Positions 16,201 to 22,855 of a DNA stretch of 32,000 nt are shown here, piece after piece. Under the pieces are notes generated by a model, which was not told the DNA's origin, ran no database searches, and was given only the letters and a program-made list of their open reading frames with translations. Numbering within the stretch: the stretch's first letter is position 1; each line of letters starts with the position of its first letter. The position numbers and the translations under genes were made by a program. The stretch lies in NCBI GenBank assembly GCA_028279745.1, contig JANQNC010000001.1:1269351-1301350 (forward strand). Reading direction: 5' to 3'. The stretch comes from Candidatus Nanoarchaeia archaeon (GTDB lineage Archaea > Nanobdellota > Nanobdellia > Woesearchaeales > JANQNC01).

Positions 16201-19110
16201 GGATTTGGAGGAGAGATGATGCCTGGAATGCCTGGCGGTGAAGGAGAAGGATCTGGAGGAGACCTGGGAGGATTTGGAATGCAGTGTTTCCTACATGATG
16301 GGGATCAGACAAGCTGCGAAGACCAGACAGGATGCGGATGGTTTAATGAGCCAAATCCGTTCTGTGACATAAACTTTGAAAGCAACTGTCCGCAGTACTC
16401 GTATGATCAAACTGTGTGCGCAGACAACGCAAAATGTAAATGGAATCCTCAAGGTAATTTCTGTGATGAAAAGCCATTTGAGTGTTTCTGGAACACTACA
16501 CTATGGGCAGATGAGACTTTGTGTGATGCACATCCGTTATGCTACTGGTCTGATGAGGCAGGTGATGACCATTGCCACCCTATAGGGTTCAGCGTCTCAA
16601 CAGAGTCAGCGTGTGATGCATTAGGAGACAGCTTCAGGTGGACAACAGGATGGTGCAACCCTGCACTAGCGACTGAGTTCTTCAGTGGGATGGAGATGGG
16701 CGGACCGCCGGTACCGTTAGGAAGCGATCCAGATGATTCTGTATTTGAAGATGAAGTAGACATAACTGAGTTTGGGATGAAAGACATGGGCAATGCATTT
16801 GGATTTGGAGTTACTGTGGATGACCCGCAAAATTCAGCGGCGTGCAACAATGTGAAGATGGAGACGGGTACAGGTACAGGAACAAACACGACAAAATTCT
16901 ACTGGTACCTGGATACTGATGGAAACACGACAAATAACTGTGACTTAAGGCACAGCTCGGGCTCAGGAGGTTATGAATTTTACATAAAGAACGAATGGAG
17001 CTATGATGAAAGCACAGGGACCACAACAGAAAGTCCAGCAGCTTACAGGTGTTTAGATGGTGAGTGGAATCTTGCAGAGGTAAGAGTTAGCAGTCAAAAG
17101 CAGCTGATGTGTAACCAGATTGGCGGAGCGATGGTAGCTATAGACAAGACAGAGCTTGAAAAATTCCCAAGTCTATACTCTACAAACGTGGATATAAGAG
17201 TTGCAGTAGCAAGCGCAGATAGTGATGGAACTGCCTCAAACCCAACAGACACAGCGAGCCCAGGGTGGGTAACTCCAGGTTCACAAGACTTTGAGATACC
17301 AGAACTTTATGGATACGAGACTGACTGGATCAAAAAAGCATCTAATGAAGCAGCAGGAGCAGGTTTTGTACAGTATAATAAGGAAGCGGATTGCTGGACT
17401 GAAGAGGGATGTGAAGATTACAGCTGTAAAGGGCACACGTTCTGCGTAGAAAACAATTATGGTGTTGAGTCAGCAGGGTGGACTGATACAAGAGTCCCTA
17501 AACTTATAGGGTCAATAAAAGAAACATACCCTGATGGGGCATTTTTCGCTTATTTTACAGACAAACCTGCAAATGGAACTTTCTTGCTTTATGGAGATGA
17601 TGAGATATGCAGCGAGTCAAGCTTGACAGATGCGATATATGACGTCGGGATATACAGCAACTATAGCAAAGAGTACAAGCTGTGGCATACGGCAGAGCTT
17701 TTCAACGACTCAGGAGTGAACTCATTAAACGCACCATTATCTTCAGGAACAACATACTACTATAAGATCAAAGTGTGTGATGAAGGAGGTAAATGTGGGA
17801 TGAGCAAGTGTTCAAGCTTTAGGACAGAAGAATCTCAAGAAGACTGTACGTTCTGTAAGTTTGTTTCAAGGATAAAAGCGCCTGATGGATGGAACGTCTA
17901 TTACGACATAGACCAGGATGGAAATTATGAGCACTGGCAAGGAAACGTTCTGGGAACAAAAGACGGCATGTTTACAAACTATACCCTTGGCAGGAAAGCA
18001 AATATACTCATCAACACAACTGATGGAACCGCACATATGGAGTTCATAAATGCGACGCTTACCAAGACAGGTATGAGTCCAAAGATAAGAGACATAGAGA
18101 CAAGCACAGCTCTAAAACAAGGAACGCTGAACACATCGTCAGGTGAAGAGATAGGGTATGTGGGGATGATAGAAGAGACAAGGGACAAGATTATACATAA
18201 TTTATACCCCGAGATATGTAGGATCAAGATACCTGGAACGGGATCATGTGATGAGTTATGGCACTGTGACAGTGATGGAGAAAATTGTGTTGATAGGACA
18301 GCAGAGGCTACTTTGGTAAGTACGGGATCAGACTCGTGCGAATGGCAGCTACCCTACTGTGAGTTCTCGACTTGGGCAGGAGGTCAGCCAGCCACTCCTT
18401 CAAGCAGCTCAAGCAGCTCTGGAGGAGGGGGAGGAGGCGGTTCCGGCGGAATTGCAGGAAGCACCTCATCAACTTCGGTTGTTGAAGTATCTCACTACTA
18501 CACATCGATAGCTGAAGGTGAAAGTATAACCCTGCCAATAGAAAAGGAAGGGATAGCGCTCACTAAAAACACGTTCATCGCTGGAGAAGATTTAAGTGAT
18601 ATGAACCTGGTGATGAGAAAAGTAGAGAATAGTTCAGAGCTTCCTAAAAAAGAGGAGGATGCATATCAATATCTAGAGATAACTGCATCAAACGTAGAAG
18701 CAAGCAGCATATCAAAAGCTACGTTAGAATTTAAGGTAGATACAAGCTGGATGACTGGCAATGACTATGGAGATGTAATCCTTAAAAGATATACAGATGG
18801 ATGGGATGAACTTCCGACAAGATTCATCAAGACTGAAGGAAGATACTCGCATTACAGCGCAGAAACACCTGGCTTTAGCTATTTTGCGATAGTTGGGATA
18901 AAGGATGATCTGGCTGATGCAGAACAACAAGACTTACCTCAGCAGGAGCAGCAGCAAGACCCCGAGCTTGAAGAAACAGATACACCTCAACAGCAAGTGA
19001 CGGGAGCTGCGGTAGCGCCTGGTGGGGGAGAAGGTGTGAGTGTGACAAACATCCTTATCTTTGTAGTCCTATTGGGTACGGTGGTGCTTATAATTGCAAA
19101 GAAGAGATAA
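13234..19110 (+). CDS. Giant secreted, C-terminally membrane-anchored Cys/Trp-repeat surface protein with an FN3-like region and a PGF-pre-PGF domain
   Basis: ORF 13222..19110. The GTG at 13222 lies inside GGGTGAGGG (an SD), so the ATG at 13234 is preferred (1959 aa). N-terminal signal peptide is FKSIKSILFLFVFFLSIVVVSAA. It is followed by more than 20 Cys/Trp modules and many N-x-S/T sequons. A Ser/Gly linker is PSSSSSSSGGGGGGGSGG. The C-terminus is the TM helix VTNILIFVVLLGTVVLII plus AKKR. Confidence 0.9.
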   Translation: MVKIMNFKSIKSILFLFVFFLSIVVVSAANCWDYDLQTNCESADCSWNEDPWGGWCEEKGCWNFWSENECTSSTSTINRSCSWQSSSSGYCGELDCWSFDGTNETACVNNTYNIECEWIDEYNATTWDFPCMGPPEKQCWNYTTSESCSAVAGCSWGMCSKKDCWDYSDTDEYTCESQVGFNKKSCEWKSYSWGSECVERGCWDYSNVTSCESNGCKWDGSCMELSCGEFTGVNESYCVSNSANLSCEWDSAGKWCMEKGCWNNDEGSCDNGLGCFWDTFEGGWCQEQGCWNWENNQTACEDTGLHPGLECTYDVSGGWCYEDVGSKSCADINVERDCMDTFYCWWDHSQSTCNDPGAGIETEFEEWNPGCYIFDMDQNACGNVTGCYWSGGVCETNMTVLPTNELNCSLIQDSDMCNNIPALSSCCSWQAGECVADRFDQSCREEMQEPPEGAHYCEDYVAYTSKDVCEQIAGSPWFMPCEFDNSTERCEFKGDDVFGDGDKNIMKIDNEINCEAAGGKWILDTYPSTNNASTAVRLSLGRCDFKFDEERNCNKECFACEYKQDKTNWGTVADARKACVDSELGLCRFIEDPDAPNSYGYCEPKEEFKKGLVGGDCSTDCGACTYMGDPAASAGKRPSDYCEGSDAKCKWVADPSHPDDESFGRCASKSEKTCEDRCDKCYDESNCQSTGGKQGDSSAAAVCEWNNGICSYKSGASEMEVCWDGQDNNGDNKVDCADSMCWSDPFCGGEFMFGDFGKDCFMFNEQSSCETEGCAWVNENWGAWCDMPGAVCWKKDGTNQTVCEDGGSCEWHSGFGGFCEQDWDMGGAANSCFSATNQTGCQALSDQNCTWVIDEWCSEKGGFCDPDPSYSGAWYDCAQHDVDGNATCESHAECNWYVDPWCQQQGSDAGFCDHKSFACWQYDDGQNICENSTNSEWCVWMTDPYSPEGGFCEGKMMSGESGSCWDQSNQTSCSEASGCRWMSGFCDPPGFGGEMMPGMPGGEGEGSGGDLGGFGMQCFLHDGDQTSCEDQTGCGWFNEPNPFCDINFESNCPQYSYDQTVCADNAKCKWNPQGNFCDEKPFECFWNTTLWADETLCDAHPLCYWSDEAGDDHCHPIGFSVSTESACDALGDSFRWTTGWCNPALATEFFSGMEMGGPPVPLGSDPDDSVFEDEVDITEFGMKDMGNAFGFGVTVDDPQNSAACNNVKMETGTGTGTNTTKFYWYLDTDGNTTNNCDLRHSSGSGGYEFYIKNEWSYDESTGTTTESPAAYRCLDGEWNLAEVRVSSQKQLMCNQIGGAMVAIDKTELEKFPSLYSTNVDIRVAVASADSDGTASNPTDTASPGWVTPGSQDFEIPELYGYETDWIKKASNEAAGAGFVQYNKEADCWTEEGCEDYSCKGHTFCVENNYGVESAGWTDTRVPKLIGSIKETYPDGAFFAYFTDKPANGTFLLYGDDEICSESSLTDAIYDVGIYSNYSKEYKLWHTAELFNDSGVNSLNAPLSSGTTYYYKIKVCDEGGKCGMSKCSSFRTEESQEDCTFCKFVSRIKAPDGWNVYYDIDQDGNYEHWQGNVLGTKDGMFTNYTLGRKANILINTTDGTAHMEFINATLTKTGMSPKIRDIETSTALKQGTLNTSSGEEIGYVGMIEETRDKIIHNLYPEICRIKIPGTGSCDELWHCDSDGENCVDRTAEATLVSTGSDSCEWQLPYCEFSTWAGGQPATPSSSSSSSGGGGGGGSGGIAGSTSSTSVVEVSHYYTSIAEGESITLPIEKEGIALTKNTFIAGEDLSDMNLVMRKVENSSELPKKEEDAYQYLEITASNVEASSISKATLEFKVDTSWMTGNDYGDVILKRYTDGWDELPTRFIKTEGRYSHYSAETPGFSYFAIVGIKDDLADAEQQDLPQQEQQQDPELEETDTPQQQVTGAAVAPGGGEGVSVTNILIFVVLLGTVVLIIAKKR
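13324..14703 (+). repeat. Protein-level repeat array I: about 13 copies of a 4-Cys/Trp module
   Basis: Examples: CWDYDLQTNCESADCSWNEDPWGGWCEEKG / CWNFWSENECTSS..CSWQSSSSGYCGELD / CWDYSNVTSCESNGCKWDGSCMELS / CWNNDEGSCDNGLGCFWDTFEGGWCQEQG. The pattern is C-[WF]-x(4-9)-C-x(3-9)-C-x-W-x(2-9)-C. DNA-level identity between copies is low. Confidence 0.8.
14890..15363 (+). repeat. Protein-level repeat: three copies of a 6-Cys module (CxxxCxxC-Y head plus a C-x-[WF] tail)
   Basis: CNKECFACEY...CVDSELGLCRF...C / CSTDCGACTY...CEGSDAKCKW...C / CEDRCDKCY...CQS...VCEW..IC. Confidence 0.7.
15511..16656 (+). repeat. Protein-level repeat array II: about 10 further Cys/Trp modules, interrupted by a Gly/Met/Pro-rich linker
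   Basis: CFMFNEQSSCETEGCAWVNENWGAWCDMPG / CWKKDGTNQTVCEDGGSCEWHSGFGGFCEQD / CWDQSNQTSCSEASGCRWMSGFCDPPG / CFLHDGDQTSCEDQTGCGWFNEPNPFCD / CPQYSYDQTVCADNAKCKWNPQGNFCDE. The linker is GGEMMPGMPGGEGEGSGGDLGGFG. Confidence 0.8.
17496..17826 (+). other. FN3-like beta-sandwich region inside the giant protein
   Basis: PKLIGSIKETYPDGAFFAYFTDKPANGTFLLYGDD...LWHTAELFNDSGVNSLNAPLSSGTTYYYKIKVCDEGGKCGMSKCSSFRT follows the P..a.v.w.Td.pa.g.v.yG....H...l..L..gt.YyY pattern of FN3-type domains. Confidence 0.5.
18478..18897 (+). other. PGF-pre-PGF-type domain (TIGR04213-like) inside the giant protein
   Basis: VVEVSHYYTSIAEGESITLPIEKEGIALTKNTF...YQYLEITASNVEASSISKATLEFKVDTSWMTGNDYGDVILKRYTDGWDELPTRFIKTEGRYSHYSAETPGFSYFAIVG matches, from memory, the layout of this archaeal surface-protein domain. 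That includes its terminal tPGFS.FAI motif. Confidence 0.6.
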
Positions 19111-19164
19111 CCTTTTCTTCTTTTATCGAGGGGTTGTCGATAGGGTCAGGAGGTGTGTAAAACC

Positions 19165-19905
19165 ATGAGTCTTAAACTAACAGCTTGGTTGCTTGTAGCA
19201 TTATGCTTGTCTTGTGCTGCATTATCGCTACCCCCAAATCCTGAACTTTACTGGGGTTATGCATACATTGATAACAATCCAGCAAATGGAAGCTTGATAG
19301 CTGAGACTGGCGAAGGAGATATTATCGTTAATTTATCGCTTCCTATGGATCCTGAGTACCCTGGCAGCTATAGCATAAAACTAACCTTCGACGACAAAAT
19401 GACTCGGCACAGTAAAGAAGGAGCTACTGAAGGAGAAAAGATAGTGTGGAAGGTAGACGGATTGGTTGCAGCTATAACAGACACGGCTGAAAGAGACAAG
19501 GTAAACAATAATTTTAGCATAAAAGCGTTTACTCCAGTAAATATGACCGTAGGTAACTTAACGCACGATGCCATGGTGGATGTTGGAGAAATGGTAAAGA
19601 TAAATGCAAAGGTTGAAAATAAAGGACAGATCGATATTGATGGATTTGATGCGCTATTATACATAAATGATTCATTACAAGAAAAGGCACATGTTAACTA
19701 TACTCTAAACGAGGGGGAGAACTTATCTGTTGCGTTCTACTGGCAAGCAGATATAGAAGGGAACTATTCCTTTTCAGTTAACGTTTCAGCAAGAAACTGT
19801 GAAGAGTGCAAGATACAGAGAGCATCTTCCGCTTCGGCAATCTCAGTAGTGAGAAATGAGCAGGCCAACAACTCAGTATCAAACCTAAAAAATGAATCCT
19901 CTTGA
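19165..19905 (+). CDS. Secreted protein with a C-terminal CARDB-like domain
   Basis: ORF 19153..19905. The GTG at 19153 is part of GGAGGTG (an SD), so the ATG at 19165 is preferred. Signal peptide is MSLKLTAWLLVALCLSCAALS. CARDB-like stretch is VGEMVKINAKVENKGQIDIDGFDALLYINDSLQEKAHVNYTLNEGENLSVAFYWQADIEGNYSFSVNV. It starts 54 nt after the giant gene. Confidence 0.8.
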   Translation: MSLKLTAWLLVALCLSCAALSLPPNPELYWGYAYIDNNPANGSLIAETGEGDIIVNLSLPMDPEYPGSYSIKLTFDDKMTRHSKEGATEGEKIVWKVDGLVAAITDTAERDKVNNNFSIKAFTPVNMTVGNLTHDAMVDVGEMVKINAKVENKGQIDIDGFDALLYINDSLQEKAHVNYTLNEGENLSVAFYWQADIEGNYSFSVNVSARNCEECKIQRASSASAISVVRNEQANNSVSNLKNESS

Positions 19906-19997
19906 TATCTTAAGCTCACACTATTTTAAATATGTTTTATTACCCTAAGTGCATATAAAAAAGATACTTATGGCTAAGCATATATCTAGGACTGATC

Positions 19998-20219
19998 ATG
20001 CACAAAATTAAGACAAACGAGGTAGAGAGTCCTGTAAAAAAAGCGCTTGATTGGTTTGCAAACGGTTATCAGTGTGCAGCAACAGAACGAGAGAAGAAAA
20101 GCGCAGATCATGCTGCAAGAGAATTTCTCGAGGGAGTTCAACAAGAGATCAAAAAAGAAGGTTTGACTGTTGAGTATTTCTTGGCGTATTATAATAAAGA
20201 AAAACAAAGAAAAGATTAA
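19998..20219 (+). CDS. Hypothetical small charged protein (73 aa)
   Basis: ORF with helical, charged composition (MHKIKTNEVESPVKKALDWFANGYQCAATEREKK...). A weak AGGA lies 6 nt upstream and a TATA-like CATATAAAAAAG lies about 40 nt upstream. No family recognised. Confidence 0.4.
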   Translation: MHKIKTNEVESPVKKALDWFANGYQCAATEREKKSADHAAREFLEGVQQEIKKEGLTVEYFLAYYNKEKQRKD

Positions 20220-20277
20220 AAAAAGTTGCTGACCAAATAATAACTGATTATATGATCAAAAACCAAAAAATAATTAA

Positions 20278-20296
20278 AAAAAGCTTTGCGCTTTTT
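20278..20296. terminator. AT-rich hairpin (AAAAAGC-tttgc-GCTTTTT) with flanking A/T runs between convergent genes
   Basis: 7-bp inverted repeat with a 5-nt loop. Read on the minus strand it is followed by CTTTTTTTAATTATTTTTT, about 40 nt downstream of the pilin stop at 20333. It could terminate transcription from both directions. Confidence 0.4.
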
Positions 20297-20332
20297 ATTT
20301 CGCGATGTTTCTTAAATCATGTTTAATCCTGT

Positions 20333-20791
20333 CTAGTTTGCGCACGTACCTTCCAGCTTGTTTCCGTCGCCTGTAAAGTTATAGTAGGCACTGGTCTTTG
20401 CATCTTGGTAGTAGATGCTTGTAGTGTAGCTGAAGGACTGGCCAGCAGTGCAGGCTGCAATAGCACCTGTGTATGTTTTTGATCCGCCAGGGGCCAACGT
20501 GCTTGTTGAACTCTCAAGGTCAACACCATTAACCATAACATCAGTCAAAACTATCTGGTTTCTTAGGTTGTTCTTAACGACTACAGTGTCGGTTCCACTT
20601 GCAGAGACTGCATAATCTGTAACTGCAACGTCTGCACTAGCCCAGTAAGATGCTATCGCTCTTCCTGTAACGCCTTTTCCTATCCCTGGAATCCCCCCCA
20701 TGGCAACAACAGCAAGTAATGCGATTGTAATTACTACTCCCACAATTATTATGTATTCTGTTGCGCCTTGCGCTTTTTTAGAAAATCTCAT
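20333..20791 (-). CDS. Type IV pilin-like protein with a class III signal peptide (candidate major pilin, Flp-like motif)
   Basis: ORF 20333..20803. The GTG at 20803 lies inside GAGGTGAT (an SD), so the ATG at 20791 is preferred (152 aa). The N-terminus MRFSKKAQGATEYIIIVGVVITIALLAVVAMG has a short basic leader, then Q-G-A-T-E-Y, then a hydrophobic helix. The remainder is Thr/Ser/Ala-rich. Confidence 0.85.
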   Translation of the reverse strand: MRFSKKAQGATEYIIIVGVVITIALLAVVAMGGIPGIGKGVTGRAIASYWASADVAVTDYAVSASGTDTVVVKNNLRNQIVLTDVMVNGVDLESSTSTLAPGGSKTYTGAIAACTAGQSFSYTTSIYYQDAKTSAYYNFTGDGNKLEGTCAN

Positions 20792-20942
20792 TTTTATTAT
20801 CACCTCTGATTTATTGCAAAAATTGTTTTTACTTACGGTATGGGGAATTAAAAACGTATTAACCTTTTTAGTACCTTTAAAAAGAGAAATTGTTTTATCT
20901 CCTGTGGGGAGTTAGTGGGGGAAGGGGGTTTTGATGGGTGAG

Positions 20943-21965
20943 CTATATTTTAAGGAATGCATCCATTACAAATCTTGATAATGCAAAAATGATAAAAGAG
21001 AACGTTATGATGAGCGGCGCATATTTTAATCCCTGTTTCTCATCCCCTTCAGAGATTACACCTGTCAGTATGCTTGCAAGTAACGAAGTTACAAATATTA
21101 TGATCACAGAAAGCATAAAAATGAAATCTGGAGTTATGCTTACTGTTCCTGCTAGAAAGGACATTCCAAATTCAGCATCAGAAATATTTGAGGAAGACTG
21201 CATATTTGTTATTATCTTTATGAACTGTATTGAAACTGATAATAATAACGGCGCACCAAAACCAACTATAAATATTATAAGCATGCTGTACATCTTGGTA
21301 TTTGCGACCAAGTCTTTCTTAAGCGATCTTGTTTCAGCGATGTCATTTGCAAGGTCTTCCAAGAGCTGGGCCAGCTGCCCGCCAGATCTTATTGAAGTGA
21401 CGAAGAGCTTCATAGACCTTTCGAGCAAAGAAGATCTGCTTCTTCTTGACATGTCCAAAAGAGCTTTCCCAAAAGAGGTCATGCCTAACGACTTGTTAGT
21501 TGCAATCTCGATCTCCTCTTTCAAAGGTCCGAATTCTTTTCTTGCAGCCAGCTTCATAGCTTGAAAGGGAGTCATTCCTGCCCTAAGGTTTGAAGATATG
21601 ATCTGGAGCATATCAGGCAACGACTCTTCAATCCTTCTTGTCTTGTCTGCAGCTTTTAGGTACACAATAAGATATACAAGAAGCTGCACTGCAAGTATAG
21701 ATACCAAAGCAATAATGATGTATGCAGAGGAGAAAGACAAGTTTATGTAACGCGTGTCTATGCTGACTGCATCTGGGAAAAAAAGTTTGTGCAACAACAC
21801 AACTATAGAGAAGATAAGCATGGAGATTATTAATGAACTTCCGATCCAGTAATCAGTACTTTGCTCATTTTTCGTGTATGACAAGAGCTCTCCAAGGTGC
21901 TGTCTATATCCTGAAGGAGCTAACATCGTAAGTGATCTATACAACCTGTATCGCACCCCCATCAT
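20943..21965 (-). CDS. Type IV pilus platform protein, single T2SS-F domain (TadC-like)
   Basis: The ORF track extends to 22154, but an ATG at 21965 forms an ATGA overlap with the upstream stop (340 aa). T2SS-F-like stretch is LPDMLQIISSNLRAGMTPFQAMKLAARKEFGPLKEEIEIATNKSLGMTSFGKALLDM...GGQLAQLLEDLANDI, with flanking TM helices. Confidence 0.8.
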   Translation of the reverse strand: MMGVRYRLYRSLTMLAPSGYRQHLGELLSYTKNEQSTDYWIGSSLIISMLIFSIVVLLHKLFFPDAVSIDTRYINLSFSSAYIIIALVSILAVQLLVYLIVYLKAADKTRRIEESLPDMLQIISSNLRAGMTPFQAMKLAARKEFGPLKEEIEIATNKSLGMTSFGKALLDMSRRSRSSLLERSMKLFVTSIRSGGQLAQLLEDLANDIAETRSLKKDLVANTKMYSMLIIFIVGFGAPLLLSVSIQFIKIITNMQSSSNISDAEFGMSFLAGTVSITPDFIFMLSVIIIFVTSLLASILTGVISEGDEKQGLKYAPLIITFSFIIFALSRFVMDAFLKI

Positions 21966-22855
21966 ATGTTCACCACAGGTCTTCTTTTTTTTATCATGCC
22001 TATCATTATGATCTGCAACGCGAAACAGCACACGACAAACGCGATAAATGCAGCGTTGCTTAAGTTCATACCTGCAAAAGATGAAAGTATGACCATCATA
22101 GTGATGCCTATTGTCGGGATAGCAACAGCAAACAACATGTAGATCAAAGACCACATGTTCAACTCTTTTGAATAGTCTTTTATCTTGGTCTTATGTTCAT
22201 GAGTCAGATTGGCGATTATGGTCTTTAATGCGCTCTTGATGCTTGAGCCTGCGTGTATGGCATTTATCAGCTGCCACAACGTTTTTCTTAGATGTTCTGA
22301 TCCGGACCTTACTGCAGCATTTTCAAGACTTTTATCTAATGGTGAACCTGTACTCACCTGTCTTGAAACTTTTCCAAACTCTTTGCTTATTAAACCATAA
22401 TCTGATCTAGATATGTTGTCAATCGAATCATATAAAGAAGTTCCAGATCCGATCTGAAGCAGCATATCCTTAAGCGCAAAGACAAGGTTCTTCTCAAGCA
22501 TATCTGCTTTTTTTCTTGCAAGTATCGAAGGATATCTCACAAGCAGGTAAAAAAGAATTGCAGAGAATATAACGCTGATCGAAACACTGATCAACAATGA
22601 GTTATGAATTCCTGCTTGTCTAATGAGATAAGCAAGGCTAAAAAAAAATGCAAAGAGCAGCACGAGAGAAAAAAAACAGTTTATCATGCTGACAGACAGA
22701 TACTCCTTGTCATCCATCTTAATATCTGTCTTTTCAAGATCATACTTAAGCCCAGGGACGCCTCTAGAGATCAGTTCTCCAATTCCTGTAAACCTTTTAG
22801 AAAGCTTTTTGCTTACTTCAAGAGGCAGTATCATCAAGGGAATTTTTTGGGTCAT
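21962..22855 (-). CDS. Type IV pilus platform protein, single T2SS-F domain (TadB-like)
   Basis: 297 aa. T2SS-F-like stretch is LKDMLLQIGSGTSLYDSIDNISRSDYGLISKEFGKVSRQVSTGSPLDKSLENAA...GSSIKSALKTIANL, with TM helices at both ends. There is an ATGA overlap with the ATPase gene at 22852-22855. Confidence 0.8.
   Translation of the reverse strand: MTQKIPLMILPLEVSKKLSKRFTGIGELISRGVPGLKYDLEKTDIKMDDKEYLSVSMINCFFSLVLLFAFFFSLAYLIRQAGIHNSLLISVSISVIFSAILFYLLVRYPSILARKKADMLEKNLVFALKDMLLQIGSGTSLYDSIDNISRSDYGLISKEFGKVSRQVSTGSPLDKSLENAAVRSGSEHLRKTLWQLINAIHAGSSIKSALKTIIANLTHEHKTKIKDYSKELNMWSLIYMLFAVAIPTIGITMMVILSSFAGMNLSNAAFIAFVVCCFALQIIMIGMIKKRRPVVNI

Noticed and set aside
16861-16884. GGTACAGGTACAGGAACA short tandem DNA repeat
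   Set aside because: It encodes a Thr-Gly linker (TGTGTGT) within the giant protein. It is too short and too imperfect to call a microsatellite or phase-variation tract.
13460-18930. About 20 short ORFs on both strands inside the giant gene
   Set aside because: They are by-products of the locally stop-poor composition. All are nested in a single 5.9-kb frame that has coherent repeat, signal-peptide and domain structure.
19042-19110. Canonical PGF-CTERM archaeosortase signal at the end of the giant protein
   Set aside because: The TM helix plus basic tail is present, but the preceding tripeptide is PGG, not PGF. The only PGF lies about 70 residues upstream inside the pre-PGF domain.
20938-21564. 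208-aa plus-strand ORF; also 23129..23818 (229 aa), 5140..5640 (166 aa) and 360..656
   Set aside because: They are antisense to genes with clear T2SS-F, T2SS-E, FAD-oxidoreductase and KaiC motifs. They have low-complexity hydrophobic composition.
21966-22154. N-terminal 63 residues of the 403-aa ORF-track version of the TadC-like gene
   Set aside because: This stretch overlaps the 3' end of the upstream gene in another frame and is Cys/His/Arg-rich nonsense. The ATGA-coupled ATG at 21965 is the natural start.
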